Shown: positions 28,071-38,778 of the stretch, piece by piece
Layout of the letters: every line of letters starts with the position of its first letter
Position numbering within the stretch: position 1 is the first letter of the stretch
Assembly: GCA_030648835.1 (NCBI GenBank)
Contig: JAUSGT010000002.1
Coordinates: 501,458 to 565,457, forward strand
Direction of reading: 5' to 3'
DNA: 64,000 nt
Source of the DNA: Candidatus Moraniibacteriota bacterium
Lineage (GTDB): Bacteria > Patescibacteriota > Minisyncoccia > Moranbacterales > UBA1568
The notes under the pieces: generated by a model
Seen by the model: the letters and a program-made list of their open reading frames with translations, nothing else
What the model was told of the DNA's origin: nothing
Databases searched by the model: none
Position numbers and translations under genes: made by a program

Positions 28071-30803
28071 ATGTCCAGTGTTCAAAATTTCTTTTCTAGA
28101 GTAAAAAGTATACTCAACCAACGACCCCTAGTTATTCTACTGGGATTTTGTTTTTTATTGGTTTCTCTCATTATCCTTTATTCCAAAAACTTCATTCTCC
28201 TAGGCGGGGAGGGCAACTACTTCACAAATACCCTTCTGACAAAAGAACTATACGATTTCGCGTGGGTTTCAGTGAATAATGGCACGGGTTTTTCCAATCC
28301 TATATTAAATTTTACGGTTGGTGTTTTCAATGTTTTTTACTGGCTTCAGTTTTTTGGGTTCTCACTGAAATTTGTGAATACTCTGAGTATTTTTCTCATA
28401 TATGCGCTGCCTTTCTTTTCGATGCTGTGGCTTTTGAAAAATATATTCAGACAGGACTTCAGATTGGCATTTTTACTCTCTCTGTTTTACATTATTAATC
28501 CATTTTCTACCTATCACCTCCATAGCATGATGTTTTGGAACGTTGCGCCGTTATTTGTTCTACCGCTTCTCTTCGGCGTAATTTATAAATACTATTTTAA
28601 AAGTTTGCAGTTATTTATCATTTTTGGATTTTTAACTGTGCTACTATCTTATTCGTTTGCGAATGTCCCTTATTTAGGAGTTTTTCATATTTTTTTGCTG
28701 ATTTCGGTTATAGTAATTTACTACTTTCGATTTGAAAAATCCAGAGAGACTAGCTACTGGTTAATGATAAAGAACTTCTTTCTTCTAGAATTAAGCTTTA
28801 TTCTCTTCAACGCTTGGTGGTTTATTAATCTCGTAAGGTTTCAACAGCAAGATTTAGGTCTTTATACTAAAAATTTTGCCATCAATTGGACTAAATATTC
28901 TGATAATGACGAAGGTATCATTGGAAGAATATTCTCGCTAAAAACTTTGACACCGGATAGTGACAGTAGTTTTTTTTCAGTTTTCTACAATAATATCCCA
29001 ATGGATATTATCCTTCTTATTCCGTTTGTTTTGATTATTTGGAATTTGTTTGTATATAGAGATAACCAAAGGAAAGAGTATCAAAAAAAATATATTATAG
29101 TTGCCGGTTTCGCTTTGTTGGTGCTTTTTCTTAATAAAGGTATCAATCAACCGTTTAAGGATGCTTATCTATGGATGTTAAACAATATTCCCTTTTTTAT
29201 TATTTTCAAAAGTCCTTTGGAAAAATTTAGTGTCTTACTAGTGTTTCTATTAACCCTTGTTCTGATTCCTATTCTAGCTGACAAAAAACGCAAATGGTCT
29301 TACTACGCGTTTATTATTTATTTGGTAGCTTGCAGTATTCCTTACCTGACGTTGAACTTTATCCCGGATTTCAAAATTGATGAAGACAAGTATGTATCGA
29401 GAAGATACCTCTATAAGGAAAACTACTTCAATGCCATGAAGGAATTGAATACCGACAAACTCGATTACCGGTACTTGAGCTTGCCGGGGTCTCTCAATTA
29501 TCAGGTAACCATACTGAGTCACAACGGCAACAGATACTATCGAGGTATGGATCCTTTGATTTACTCTATCAACAAACCTTTTATAGCGGCCTATTCGGCG
29601 CTTTCTCCGGAGTTTGATTCAATCTTCGATAATTTTTCAAACGACTTGATTGATACCTCGTTGGATATGTATAGCATAAAGAAGATTGTCATCAATCAAG
29701 ACATCTACCCATCATTCGGAGTGAGGGAGAAGGAGAAGGTAGAAACTTTACTCGATATATTTTCCCAAAAAGATGAGAAGATAGAATTTGATCCGATAAC
29801 TGTTTTTGATAGAGGGATGTTTCTCCCGCATTTTTATACCGCGAAAAGAACAATTGTTTCCAACAGTTCTATCGACCAGATGCCGATTCTTCTCTCTGGC
29901 GATAATCAGGCAGGGCGTTCAGTGGCTTATATAAAAAATCAAAATATTGGAAAAGAGGTAACATTGGAACAGCTACAGGAGGGCATGAAGGGAGATGATG
30001 AAGCCCCAGTATTAGAATTCAAAAAAATTAATCCAACAAAATATCGAGTAAAAATTCATTCAGCAAATGGACAATTTCCGTTGGTTTTTTCGGAAAGTTT
30101 TCATGAGGGATGGAAAATGTACTTGGTGGAGTCCGGACTGGATTCCCGCCGGATGTTTATCCGCCAACTGGAGGACGGGAATGGCAATGTAGGGGATTAT
30201 AAAATATTAGACGGGAATGAGGATGATCAGGCAAGTAAGGATGAGTTAAATAACTACATAAATAATGGTTGGGTAACGACTCTAGGAGATAATAGTGACA
30301 AAGAAATAAAGCATAAGAAATGGGAAAACAATGGTGAAAAATTAGATTATATTGAGAAATACAGGATTGACTTTATTTCCAAGAATTTTCAGGGGACAAT
30401 CCAAAACGATAACTTACCAGAGGATCATTTTTGGGAAACATGGTTCAAAAAACCGATTGATGACAATGCCAATCACTTGATGGCCAACGGTTATGCCAAT
30501 AGCTGGATTATTGATACGAGCGAAGTCTGTAGTCCCGCACTTGATGCGGGATCCAGTAGATTCCGGCTCGGAGACCGGAATGACAATGAGAGTTTTTGTA
30601 TAAAGAACTCAGATGGAAGTTACGATTTCGAAATCATAGTCGAGTTTTGGCCAGAGAGGCTCTATTACCTTGGCTCAATTATTTCGATCACTACCTTGAT
30701 TTTCTGTCTTTTATGGATGGGGATTTTACGGATAAAAGGTCGTGGAAGCAATAAGGTAGTCTTTATGACAAAAGCCGATGATTCTGCTAAAATGGAGCAA
30801 TAA
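28071..30803 (+). CDS. large polytopic membrane protein, GT-C-like (YfhO/AftD-like)
   Basis: About 13 TMs, FYIINPF, FK..INPTKYRV, FSESFH.GWK, NGYANSW, C-terminal TM. Confidence 0.65.
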   Translation: MSSVQNFFSRVKSILNQRPLVILLGFCFLLVSLIILYSKNFILLGGEGNYFTNTLLTKELYDFAWVSVNNGTGFSNPILNFTVGVFNVFYWLQFFGFSLKFVNTLSIFLIYALPFFSMLWLLKNIFRQDFRLAFLLSLFYIINPFSTYHLHSMMFWNVAPLFVLPLLFGVIYKYYFKSLQLFIIFGFLTVLLSYSFANVPYLGVFHIFLLISVIVIYYFRFEKSRETSYWLMIKNFFLLELSFILFNAWWFINLVRFQQQDLGLYTKNFAINWTKYSDNDEGIIGRIFSLKTLTPDSDSSFFSVFYNNIPMDIILLIPFVLIIWNLFVYRDNQRKEYQKKYIIVAGFALLVLFLNKGINQPFKDAYLWMLNNIPFFIIFKSPLEKFSVLLVFLLTLVLIPILADKKRKWSYYAFIIYLVACSIPYLTLNFIPDFKIDEDKYVSRRYLYKENYFNAMKELNTDKLDYRYLSLPGSLNYQVTILSHNGNRYYRGMDPLIYSINKPFIAAYSALSPEFDSIFDNFSNDLIDTSLDMYSIKKIVINQDIYPSFGVREKEKVETLLDIFSQKDEKIEFDPITVFDRGMFLPHFYTAKRTIVSNSSIDQMPILLSGDNQAGRSVAYIKNQNIGKEVTLEQLQEGMKGDDEAPVLEFKKINPTKYRVKIHSANGQFPLVFSESFHEGWKMYLVESGLDSRRMFIRQLEDGNGNVGDYKILDGNEDDQASKDELNNYINNGWVTTLGDNSDKEIKHKKWENNGEKLDYIEKYRIDFISKNFQGTIQNDNLPEDHFWETWFKKPIDDNANHLMANGYANSWIIDTSEVCSPALDAGSSRFRLGDRNDNESFCIKNSDGSYDFEIIVEFWPERLYYLGSIISITTLIFCLLWMGILRIKGRGSNKVVFMTKADDSAKMEQ
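30138..30186 (-). repeat. GTC-tagged palindromic repeat with a nested hairpin, in frame
   Basis: CTGGATTCCCGCC...TCCGCCAACTGGAGGA-CGGGAATGGCA; reverse complement of the 13563 family. Confidence 0.65.
30528..30585. repeat. inverted doublet of palindromic repeats, in frame
   Basis: TCCCGCA-CTTGA-TGCGGGA-TCCAG then TAGATTCCGG-CTCGGAGA-CCGGAATGACA. Confidence 0.75.
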
Positions 30804-30804
30804 A

Positions 30805-30903
30805 TCCAGCACCTTCCAGAATACCTTGTGGTCTTGTCACGGGGATGAGTGGAAACATCAATCCTTTCCACAGGACTTAATACCTTGTGGTGAAGGTGCT
30901 GGA
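30805..30903 (+). mobile_element. MITE family 1, copy 1
   Basis: TIR TCCAGCACCTT/AAGGTGCTGGA; TAAA duplicated at 30801-04 and 30904-07; two internal hairpins; two more copies in the window. Confidence 0.8.
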
Positions 30904-30923
30904 TAAATGCGTTTTTGATGACT

Positions 30924-32438
30924 ATGGAACCAAAAGTTATTTTTGATAAAACTATCTCGTTTTTGAGGAAGAAACCGCGCTATCTTCTCGTTTTTTTTGT
31001 ATTTATTTTTGCTATTTTCTATTACCATTTCATCATCCCTCCCCAGGCATCAAAAGGGAACAAAGCGTCGAAAGAAAAGGTACAAACTGTGCAGCCGGAC
31101 TTGGATGTGAAGCGTTCGGAAAAAATATACTCGCATATACTTCAGTCTCAAGCCGGTGATGTTTTCCGGGTGGGAGCTTTTGCCGATACCAAGAATACCG
31201 AAGATATTGAGATTTTTGCGGAGTCGGAGCTGAACGAAGTCTTGAAAATAGGTGAGTGGCACCTCGAGCCATCGGAAAACGGAGAGTACAAAGAACTGTT
31301 TTTTTCCGCACCGGGACGTTATGAAAATATCGTACTCCGTCTTCAAAAAAATGAAGAGCGGGATGCTGCCGTATCGGAACAGAATAAAACTACGATTCAC
31401 AAGAAGTGGGATGATTCAGCGGTGTATATCCGTTCATTTTTTGTATCGCGCGTAGAGGCAAGAGACGCTCTAGAATTGCGTAATTTGACCCCGACTGTTT
31501 TTGGCATCTCTTCACTGAAAAGAGATATTTTGCAGAGAGAGGAAGATGCCGGCAGGGATGCGAAAGAACAGAGCAATCTTACAGAATGGGTGTTTCAATC
31601 AAATGGAGATTCTCTTCAAGCGTTGGAGTTTAGCGGCAAAAAAGTTGGTAGCGGAAGGCAGGAATATGTTTTCAGTCTTAGACGCTATTTTCCTGACAAG
31701 AAAGAGAAAGAGGGCGAATTATTGCATACAGCGGCGTTTGTTCTTGACGCGCTTGACGATTTGTTGGTATCTATGGGGAATTACCGAATACCGTTTCCTT
31801 TTCCTCTTGTACAGGGAGAATGGTACAAAATGACTTTGGCGAAGACACCCTCAAAAGATAAAGACAATTCCTTTACTGTCGGTCCCTTGGAGGCGGATGT
31901 TGCGACCAATACTGATTCGACCGGTGATTTGGCACTCTTGATACGAGAACGCTTGCGCGCGAAGAATGATGCCAGCTTTCCCGACGGAGCCAAATTCGAA
32001 GACCTCGGGGAAAGATTCTTCTATTTTTTCTCCCTCAATGGAACACCGCTGGATTTTGCCAATGTTTTTGACGCGAGTGGGAGCATACGCTATGACGTGA
32101 AGAAACATCTGGTTACAGGCGGTCAGAAAAACAAGGAATATCTTATCTACAAATTCAATATGCCGTACCCGTTCAATCGATTCGTTCTCGAGGCGACGCA
32201 GGAAGGCAATGATGAAAAAGAAATAAAATTGGAATACTCATTTGACAACGCATTTTGGAGAGAGATCGCTTTCACTCAGGAGCCTGGCGATGCGCAGGAG
32301 TTTCTGCTTACGCTGGAGGGGGATGACAAGTCGCGTACAGTCTATGTCCGTGCCAGTTATACTGGTCCAGAGAAGAAGTCAGGATTCTTTGCATTGAAGG
32401 CGTTGAATGTTACCGCATCTATAGGGAAGACGCGATGA
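30924..32438 (+). CDS. membrane-anchored extracytoplasmic protein, hypothetical
   Basis: Single N-terminal TM followed by a long soluble beta-rich region. Confidence 0.75.
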   Translation: MEPKVIFDKTISFLRKKPRYLLVFFVFIFAIFYYHFIIPPQASKGNKASKEKVQTVQPDLDVKRSEKIYSHILQSQAGDVFRVGAFADTKNTEDIEIFAESELNEVLKIGEWHLEPSENGEYKELFFSAPGRYENIVLRLQKNEERDAAVSEQNKTTIHKKWDDSAVYIRSFFVSRVEARDALELRNLTPTVFGISSLKRDILQREEDAGRDAKEQSNLTEWVFQSNGDSLQALEFSGKKVGSGRQEYVFSLRRYFPDKKEKEGELLHTAAFVLDALDDLLVSMGNYRIPFPFPLVQGEWYKMTLAKTPSKDKDNSFTVGPLEADVATNTDSTGDLALLIRERLRAKNDASFPDGAKFEDLGERFFYFFSLNGTPLDFANVFDASGSIRYDVKKHLVTGGQKNKEYLIYKFNMPYPFNRFVLEATQEGNDEKEIKLEYSFDNAFWREIAFTQEPGDAQEFLLTLEGDDKSRTVYVRASYTGPEKKSGFFALKALNVTASIGKTR

Positions 32439-32472
32439 GATAATCAGAAGATGCTTGTATCCGTACTACAGT

Positions 32473-34647
32473 ATGCTTTTTTTCAAGAATTTTTTTGTGG
32501 AGTATCGATGGGAAGCTCTCGGAGCTCTTGTGCTTCTTTTTGTCGTGTTTATAAACCGTTTTCCATCCGGATATATTTTTCTCGGCGGAGATGTTCTCCA
32601 GCCGATAAACATGGCAAAGAGTTTCTTTTCTTACTACTACGAGCTATTTGGGAGCGCTTCTCTGTTTTTTGGCATTTTCTATTTGCTTGACGTGCTGCGA
32701 GTGAGTGATACGGCGCAACTCTCTTGGTATCTGGGGATATTCCTGTTCGGGTCGTACGCGTCTTTTCTTACTTTTTCTTTCTTGGTTTTCCCTCAAGTGT
32801 CGAAATTGACGCGGACGATTGTGGCGCTTTTCTATGCGATGAACCTCTACACCCTGTATATCTTCACGGCCTCCTGGGGGTTTTCGCATTACCAGATAGT
32901 GTATATTTTTATTCCGATACTGACGGGTTTGTACATTAGGGTTTTGGAAACAAAGAAAGCTGTTTACGTCTTTTTCTTTTTCCTCGCTATGTTTTTTGCT
33001 TCAATGAGCTTTAGCAATCCGGCTTTTGCTCTGTCTCTTGGCATATACTTTTTTTTACTGACAATTCTCCTTTTTCTCTTCCACTTCGTCAAACCGGACA
33101 AGAGAGTTATCAAATTGATAGCCATTGTGGCAATCGGATCATCTCTCTTGAATGCCTACTGGGTACTACCGCTTTTACCACAGTTGCGTAGTGGTATCCA
33201 GGGAGTCTATGCATCAGAATTTGTAGATCTTTCAGAACGACTGGAAAAAACGTCGAACGCCATCTTCGACACCATCCGCCTCTTGCCGACGAGCGAGCAG
33301 AGCCGCTATTACCCGGCGAACTTTCCGTATCCGAATTTTTCTTGGTTGAAAAAATACCTCGTTTTTCTCGCGTTTGCTCCGTTTTTCTTGGTTCTCATCG
33401 GCTATATGAGGAAGAAAGATACAAGGGAGCGGAGACTCTATGGGACATTCTTCGTGTTGTTTGTCATTTTCACCGCACTAGTGGCTCGGGTACGCTTCCC
33501 ATTCGACACGATAAATAATTTTTTATTTCATCTCCCCGGTTTTAACGTTCTCAGGAGTTGGGACAAATTGGCAACTATCGTACCATTCCTTTTATCCATG
33601 CTTCTTCTTTTGGCGCTTGCAACGCAGGAGGGGAAACGCTATTTCAAAACCGTTCTAGCTTCCTTCGTCATCGTAGCTATTCTGCTCGCGTTGCCGTTTT
33701 ATGCCGGAGGTATTCAGACGAAACTGAGTTATATTTTTTCTACTCAGAAAGCCAAAGATTTTCGCACGGCAAAACTGAGCGCCCTCGTGAAAGTTCCTGA
33801 GGAATATTATGCCGTTACCAAAGTCATTCAGGCTGACAGGGCGGATAACAAAATCGCTATGTTGCCATTTTCTCCCGGGTCGAGCACGGGGAGGGTCAAT
33901 CTTCCGAAATGGAAAGTGAACGGACCCGACGCTACCAGTGTTTTGTATAGCAAAAAGTATGTCGAGCTGTATTCTTATTATATCCCCGGGTGGATGTTTG
34001 CCCAAGACTTCGAAAATGCCCAATATGATCCGCAGTGGATAGTTGACTTGTACGGACTCATCGGTGTGAAATATATCTTGTATCATAAGGACGCCAAGCC
34101 TGACAGCATCGAGAAAATGGAACCAGCCAGAAAATATTTGGAAAATATCGGATCAATGAAGAGTATAGATGACAACCGATTCTTCACGCTCTATACTATC
34201 GATGAAGACCGGATATTCCCGTATGTTTATGTGACGGATGAGTCGAATGTGTTTATTAAATCTAGTCCCGAGGGGCTTTCTGAGAAAGCGCAGGATTTAC
34301 ATAAGAAAGTATCTGTACCAAATTATGAACGGCAGAATCCGAAGAAAACCGTAGTGGCTGTTGATAGACTCGCGAGTCAGTCACATATATTTTTGAACGA
34401 AAAATATGATCCACTTTGGAGAGCGGAATATACAGCGCTTGATGGAAAGCGCGTCATGCTCGAGAGGGATGAAAATGTGAAGTATGCCAATGCCTGGAAG
34501 GTAGCTGATAATCTTCCAGGAGGAAGCATCGAGATATATTATGCGCCGCTCAAGCTTTTTTACATCGGACAATGGATATCGGGGATAGCACTGTTACTCA
34601 CTGTTTTCGGAATAGTGGTTACATTGCGAAAAAAGAATAATTCATAA
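32473..34647 (+). CDS. polytopic membrane protein, GT-C-like (YfhO/AftD-like)
   Basis: GGD in the first loop, FYAMN, NAYW.LP, LNEKYDPLW, YANAW; architecture parallels 28071-30803. Confidence 0.65.
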   Translation: MLFFKNFFVEYRWEALGALVLLFVVFINRFPSGYIFLGGDVLQPINMAKSFFSYYYELFGSASLFFGIFYLLDVLRVSDTAQLSWYLGIFLFGSYASFLTFSFLVFPQVSKLTRTIVALFYAMNLYTLYIFTASWGFSHYQIVYIFIPILTGLYIRVLETKKAVYVFFFFLAMFFASMSFSNPAFALSLGIYFFLLTILLFLFHFVKPDKRVIKLIAIVAIGSSLLNAYWVLPLLPQLRSGIQGVYASEFVDLSERLEKTSNAIFDTIRLLPTSEQSRYYPANFPYPNFSWLKKYLVFLAFAPFFLVLIGYMRKKDTRERRLYGTFFVLFVIFTALVARVRFPFDTINNFLFHLPGFNVLRSWDKLATIVPFLLSMLLLLALATQEGKRYFKTVLASFVIVAILLALPFYAGGIQTKLSYIFSTQKAKDFRTAKLSALVKVPEEYYAVTKVIQADRADNKIAMLPFSPGSSTGRVNLPKWKVNGPDATSVLYSKKYVELYSYYIPGWMFAQDFENAQYDPQWIVDLYGLIGVKYILYHKDAKPDSIEKMEPARKYLENIGSMKSIDDNRFFTLYTIDEDRIFPYVYVTDESNVFIKSSPEGLSEKAQDLHKKVSVPNYERQNPKKTVVAVDRLASQSHIFLNEKYDPLWRAEYTALDGKRVMLERDENVKYANAWKVADNLPGGSIEIYYAPLKLFYIGQWISGIALLLTVFGIVVTLRKKNNS

Positions 34648-34659
34648 ACGAAATCTTAT

Positions 34660-35022
34660 ATGGACAGCACTAAAGAAGAGGTGCATTCAATTGAAACCTT
34701 TGTAAAGGGGAGAAAGCTGGATATGGGTTTTCTTCTGGCGGGGGTACTTCTCGGCATATTCTTTAGTTGGAATATCGTGGAAATTGCCATTTTTGCCGTA
34801 TTTATCTGGTCGATTATCGGTCCTATACAAAGTCGCTATTTGGCGTGGCCCGCTCTCTTTTTCTTGGCATTCACTCCCATACTGCTTACATTGGGGCGGA
34901 AGGTCCAGGCGGAGGAATTTGCCATCTATGCCTACTATTTCCTCGTGATGGCCGTCATCCGCGGCATCATCGAAGTCCGTTCCGAGTCGGATGATGACAC
35001 TCAAACCTCAGAAAAGCCCTAA
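34660..35022 (+). CDS. small membrane protein, hypothetical
   Basis: Three to four TMs; AEEFAIYAYYFL. Confidence 0.7.
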   Translation: MDSTKEEVHSIETFVKGRKLDMGFLLAGVLLGIFFSWNIVEIAIFAVFIWSIIGPIQSRYLAWPALFFLAFTPILLTLGRKVQAEEFAIYAYYFLVMAVIRGIIEVRSESDDDTQTSEKP

Positions 35023-35058
35023 TTTGCCTGTTTTGGGAGGGTACGTTACAATATCAAT

Positions 35059-35086
35059 AACAATTAACAAGCAACAATTAGCATTT
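35059..35086. repeat. short heptamer array (AACAATT-like)
   Basis: AACAATT AACAAGC AACAATT AGCATTT. Confidence 0.45.
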
Positions 35087-35102
35087 TAGAGAACATTTTT
35101 CT

Positions 35103-36044
35103 ATGTCTGAAAATCAACCTTATTTATCCGTTGTTGTCCCGCTCTACAATGAAGAGGGGAATGTCGCAGAGTTGTATCGGAAAATCAAAGAGGCGGTCCA
35201 GAAAATCGGACTGCCGTTTGAAATTATCTTTATCGATGACGGATCCCAGGATGGCACGCTGGATGCCGCGAAGGGATTGACGCCCTTGAAACTTATCGCT
35301 TTTCGTAAGAACTTCGGTCAAACGGCGGCGTTTGACGCCGGTATCAAGGCTGCCAAGGGTGAGATTATCATCACGTTGGATGGCGACCTGCAGAATGACC
35401 CAGCGGATATCCCGCTCCTCTTAGCCAAGATGGATGAAGGCTACGATGTTGTTTCCGGGTGGCGCGTGAAACGCCAGGATCCTTGGAGTAAGAAAATCCC
35501 TTCCCGCATTGCCAATCTGCTCCGCAAAATTTTGATTCACGACAATATTCATGACTCCGGATGTAGTCTTAAGGCCTATCGCCGAGAATGTTTCAAAAAT
35601 GTCGATTTGTTCGGTGAAATGCATCGTTTTATTCCTGCTATCCTCGAACTGGATGGTTTCAAGGTATCGGAAGTGGCAGTGTCGCATTATCCGCGTATTC
35701 ATGGAGTGACGAAATACAACTGGAAACGCGGAATCAAAGGATTTGTGGATATGCTTTCCATTTGGTTCTGGCGCAAGTATTCCTATCGGCCGCTCCATCT
35801 GTTTGGCGGCGGTGGAGTGTTCTTGTTCACTATCGGGAGCGGTATTCTCGTCTGGATGCTGGTGGAAAAAGTTTTCTTTGGGGCATCGCTTGCTGAGCGC
35901 CTTTGGCCGCTCATCGGCATCTTTTTCATCCTGATCGGTGTGCAACTCTTCGTCTCCGGTCTCCTGGCTGATATGGTAGTGCGTAATTATTATCAGTCAC
36001 ACAATCGGATGAATTACTCTATACGCGAGACGCGGGAACAGTGA
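35103..36044 (+). CDS. GT2 polyprenol-phosphate glycosyltransferase (ArnC-like)
   Basis: VVPLYNEE, DDGSQD, NFGQTAA, DGDLQNDP, HDSGC.LKAY, GEMHRFIP. Confidence 0.9.
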   Translation: MSENQPYLSVVVPLYNEEGNVAELYRKIKEAVQKIGLPFEIIFIDDGSQDGTLDAAKGLTPLKLIAFRKNFGQTAAFDAGIKAAKGEIIITLDGDLQNDPADIPLLLAKMDEGYDVVSGWRVKRQDPWSKKIPSRIANLLRKILIHDNIHDSGCSLKAYRRECFKNVDLFGEMHRFIPAILELDGFKVSEVAVSHYPRIHGVTKYNWKRGIKGFVDMLSIWFWRKYSYRPLHLFGGGGVFLFTIGSGILVWMLVEKVFFGASLAERLWPLIGIFFILIGVQLFVSGLLADMVVRNYYQSHNRMNYSIRETREQ

Positions 36045-36049
36045 TAACT

Positions 36050-36148
36050 TGTAGTAAGTATCAAGTATTGAGTATAGTGTATAGAATCGGTATAAAAATC
36101 CGACATGCATTTTTATACATAATACGTGATACATAATACCTAATGCAT
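36050..36148. repeat. inverted heptamer arrays around a central hairpin
   Basis: AGTATCA AGTATTG AGTATAG TGTATAG ... GTATAAAAAT/ATTTTTATAC ... AATACGT GATACAT AATACCT AATGCAT. Confidence 0.7.
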
Positions 36149-36153
36149 ATTGT

Positions 36154-37464
36154 ATGAAAATAACTTTTCTCGGGACGGGATATGTGGGATTGGTATCGGG
36201 CGCCTGTATGGCGGAAATCGGACACGAGGTGATTTGCGCGGACATCGACAAGAAAAAAATTGGGCTTTTGAAGAAAGGCGGGATTCCTATTTATGAAATC
36301 GGTTTGGAAGAAATCGTCGCGCGCAATGTCAAAGAAGGGCGCCTGAGCTTCACTACCGATCTGAAAAAAGCCATCCAGGAATCCGAGGTGGTGTTTATGG
36401 GAGTGGGGACTCCGGAGGACAAGGTGACCGGTCAGGCTGATCTCCAGTACGTATTCGCGGTGGCCGAGACCTTCGGCAAACATTTGAATGGTTACAAGGT
36501 GTTCGTGGACAAGTCTACCGTGCCGGTGGGAACGGCAGAAAAAGTAGAGGAAATCATCAAGCTTGCGTCCAAAGGGAAACATCCTTTCGATGTTGTTTCC
36601 AATCCGGAGTTCTTGCGCGAAGGAGCCGCCGTGAAGGATTTTCTCAACCCTGATCGCGTCGTGGTGGGCACCAAATCAACCAAGGCCCGCAAGCTGATGG
36701 AGCAGATCTATCGACCGTTGGCGCGCAGCGGCCGACCGATTATGTTTACCGATATACGCAGCGCGGAAATCATCAAATACGCCGCCAACGCCTTCTTGGC
36801 GATGAAAATCACCTTTATGAATGAGGTGGCGAATTTCTGCGATGTCGCCGGTGGCAACGTGAAAGAAGTGTCCAAGGGATTGGGCTATGACTCGCGCATC
36901 GGTGGGCGCTTTCTCTATGCCGGTATCGGGTACGGTGGTTCTTGTTTCCCCAAAGATGTGAAGGCATTTCTCGAATCCGGACGTGAGTACAATTCACATT
37001 TTCATATTATGGAGACGGTCTACGATGTGAATGTTGCTCAGCGCATCAAACCGTTTGTGAAACTGAAAGTTGAATTTAATAACCAGCTGAAAAACAAGAC
37101 TATCGCCGTGTGGGGACTAGCTTTCAAGCCGCGTACGGACGATATTCGCGAAGCGCCCGGAGTCGAAAACATCAAACTTTTTTTGGAGGAGGGATCGAAA
37201 GTGAGGGCATTCGACCCGGTGGCGATGCCCAATACCAAGAAAGTTCTTCGTCACAAGAATCTGACGTATACCAAGAAAGCGATCGATGCCTTGAAAGGCG
37301 CTGATGCACTGGTCATCTGCACGGAGTGGGATGAATTCCGCGTGATGGATTACAAAGAAGTGAAGAAATTGATGAAGGGCAAGATTATCTTCGATGGGCG
37401 CAACGTCTTGGAACGCAGTGAGGCGGAGGGTGAAGGCTTTACCTATTTTGGCATTGGAGCATGA
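36154..37464 (+). CDS. ugd: UDP-glucose 6-dehydrogenase
   Basis: GTGYVGL, KSTVPVGT, SNPEFLREG, GYGGSCFPKD, GLAFKP.TDDIRE, DGRN. Confidence 0.95.
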   Translation: MKITFLGTGYVGLVSGACMAEIGHEVICADIDKKKIGLLKKGGIPIYEIGLEEIVARNVKEGRLSFTTDLKKAIQESEVVFMGVGTPEDKVTGQADLQYVFAVAETFGKHLNGYKVFVDKSTVPVGTAEKVEEIIKLASKGKHPFDVVSNPEFLREGAAVKDFLNPDRVVVGTKSTKARKLMEQIYRPLARSGRPIMFTDIRSAEIIKYAANAFLAMKITFMNEVANFCDVAGGNVKEVSKGLGYDSRIGGRFLYAGIGYGGSCFPKDVKAFLESGREYNSHFHIMETVYDVNVAQRIKPFVKLKVEFNNQLKNKTIAVWGLAFKPRTDDIREAPGVENIKLFLEEGSKVRAFDPVAMPNTKKVLRHKNLTYTKKAIDALKGADALVICTEWDEFRVMDYKEVKKLMKGKIIFDGRNVLERSEAEGEGFTYFGIGA

Positions 37465-37468
37465 GTCT

Positions 37469-37587
37469 AATTTTCAATTTCCATTTTCCAATTTTCAATA
37501 AATTTTCAAAAAAAGAATTTTCAAGTTATTTGAATATTGAGAATTGATTATTCAATGAAAATTGTGAATTGATAATTGATCATTGAA
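37469..37587. repeat. inverted heptamer arrays (AATTTTC / GAAAATT)
   Basis: AATTTTC AATTTCC ATTTTCC AATTTTC ... TGAAAAT TGTGAAT TGATAAT TGATCAT. Confidence 0.7.
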
Positions 37588-37588
37588 T

Positions 37589-38755
37589 ATGAAGGTATTA
37601 TTTCTCAATTATGAATATCCTCCACTTGGGGGTGGGGCGAGTGTGGCGACAGAAGCGATACTGAAAGAGTGGTCCGCTCTGCTTGATATGGAGGTGCATT
37701 TGGTGACTGCATCCGTAGGTGCTGTTTTGGAACAGAGCCGGCTTGGCAACAATGTTCACATCCATCGCGTACCGATCGGAAAAAATCCGCAAAAACTGCA
37801 TTCCCAGTCACTCAAGGATATCTTGGTTTATAGCGTGAAGACCTGGTTTTTTTTGCGGACGTTTCTTCGAGAGGAATGTAAAAAGCAGAAGTTTGACGTG
37901 ACTTTGGCATTTTTTACGGTGCCTTGTGGGTTCATCGCTTACCTGGTTAAACTTTTCTATCGTATCCCGTATGTGGTGTCGCTCCGCGGCGCGGACGTGC
38001 CGGGATTCAGCGAAAAGTATGATACGTTTTATCTTTTTGCCAAGCCGTTGGTGCGTTTTCTTTGGAAACATGCGGAAAAAGTGATCCCCAATAGTATCGG
38101 TATCCGTGACTTGGCACAAAAAACAAGCGCGCATCAGCCGATGGAAGTCATCGAGAACGGTGTCAATACGGAGACCTTTCACCCGAAAAACGAGGGAAAA
38201 TCTTTCTCTCCGGTAATTTTTCTTTCCACTTCGCGCCTGACACCGCGCAAGGGCATTCATTCCCTCATCGAAGCCTTCGCCTTAGTGATCAAATATGCCA
38301 AAGTACCGGTTGAACTTCATCTCATCGGAGAGGGGGAACAGAAAGAACCGCTTGAGGCGCGAGTGAAGGAACTCGGGATAGAAAATCAAGTCAAATTTTT
38401 CGGGCGCGTGGAACATCGGCTCCTCCCACAGTTCTATCAAAAGGCGCATGTGTTTGTCCTACCATCGAAGAACGAAGGGATGAGCAATTCCGCCTTGGAA
38501 GCTCTGGCAAGCGGGCTGCCGCTCGTGGTTTCCGGTACCGGAGGGATGCAGGAGTTGGTGACGGAGGGCAAGAACGGATTTTTCATCGATCCGGAGTTGA
38601 CAGCTCCTTTTGCGGAAACGCTTCTCAGCCTGGTGCAGAATCAGGGGAGTCTCATCGCCTTCGGCCGAGAAAGCCGCCAGCGGGCGGAACTGCGTGGCTG
38701 GGACAAAGTCGCTCTGCATTTCAAAAACGCTCTCGAGCAAAGTATCAGAAAGTAG
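37589..38755 (+). CDS. GT4 glycosyltransferase
   Basis: NYEYPPLGGG, RL..RKG, EGMSNSALEALASGLP. Confidence 0.92.
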   Translation: MKVLFLNYEYPPLGGGASVATEAILKEWSALLDMEVHLVTASVGAVLEQSRLGNNVHIHRVPIGKNPQKLHSQSLKDILVYSVKTWFFLRTFLREECKKQKFDVTLAFFTVPCGFIAYLVKLFYRIPYVVSLRGADVPGFSEKYDTFYLFAKPLVRFLWKHAEKVIPNSIGIRDLAQKTSAHQPMEVIENGVNTETFHPKNEGKSFSPVIFLSTSRLTPRKGIHSLIEAFALVIKYAKVPVELHLIGEGEQKEPLEARVKELGIENQVKFFGRVEHRLLPQFYQKAHVFVLPSKNEGMSNSALEALASGLPLVVSGTGGMQELVTEGKNGFFIDPELTAPFAETLLSLVQNQGSLIAFGRESRQRAELRGWDKVALHFKNALEQSIRK

Positions 38756-38778
38756 ACTGAATATTTTTTTAGGAAATT

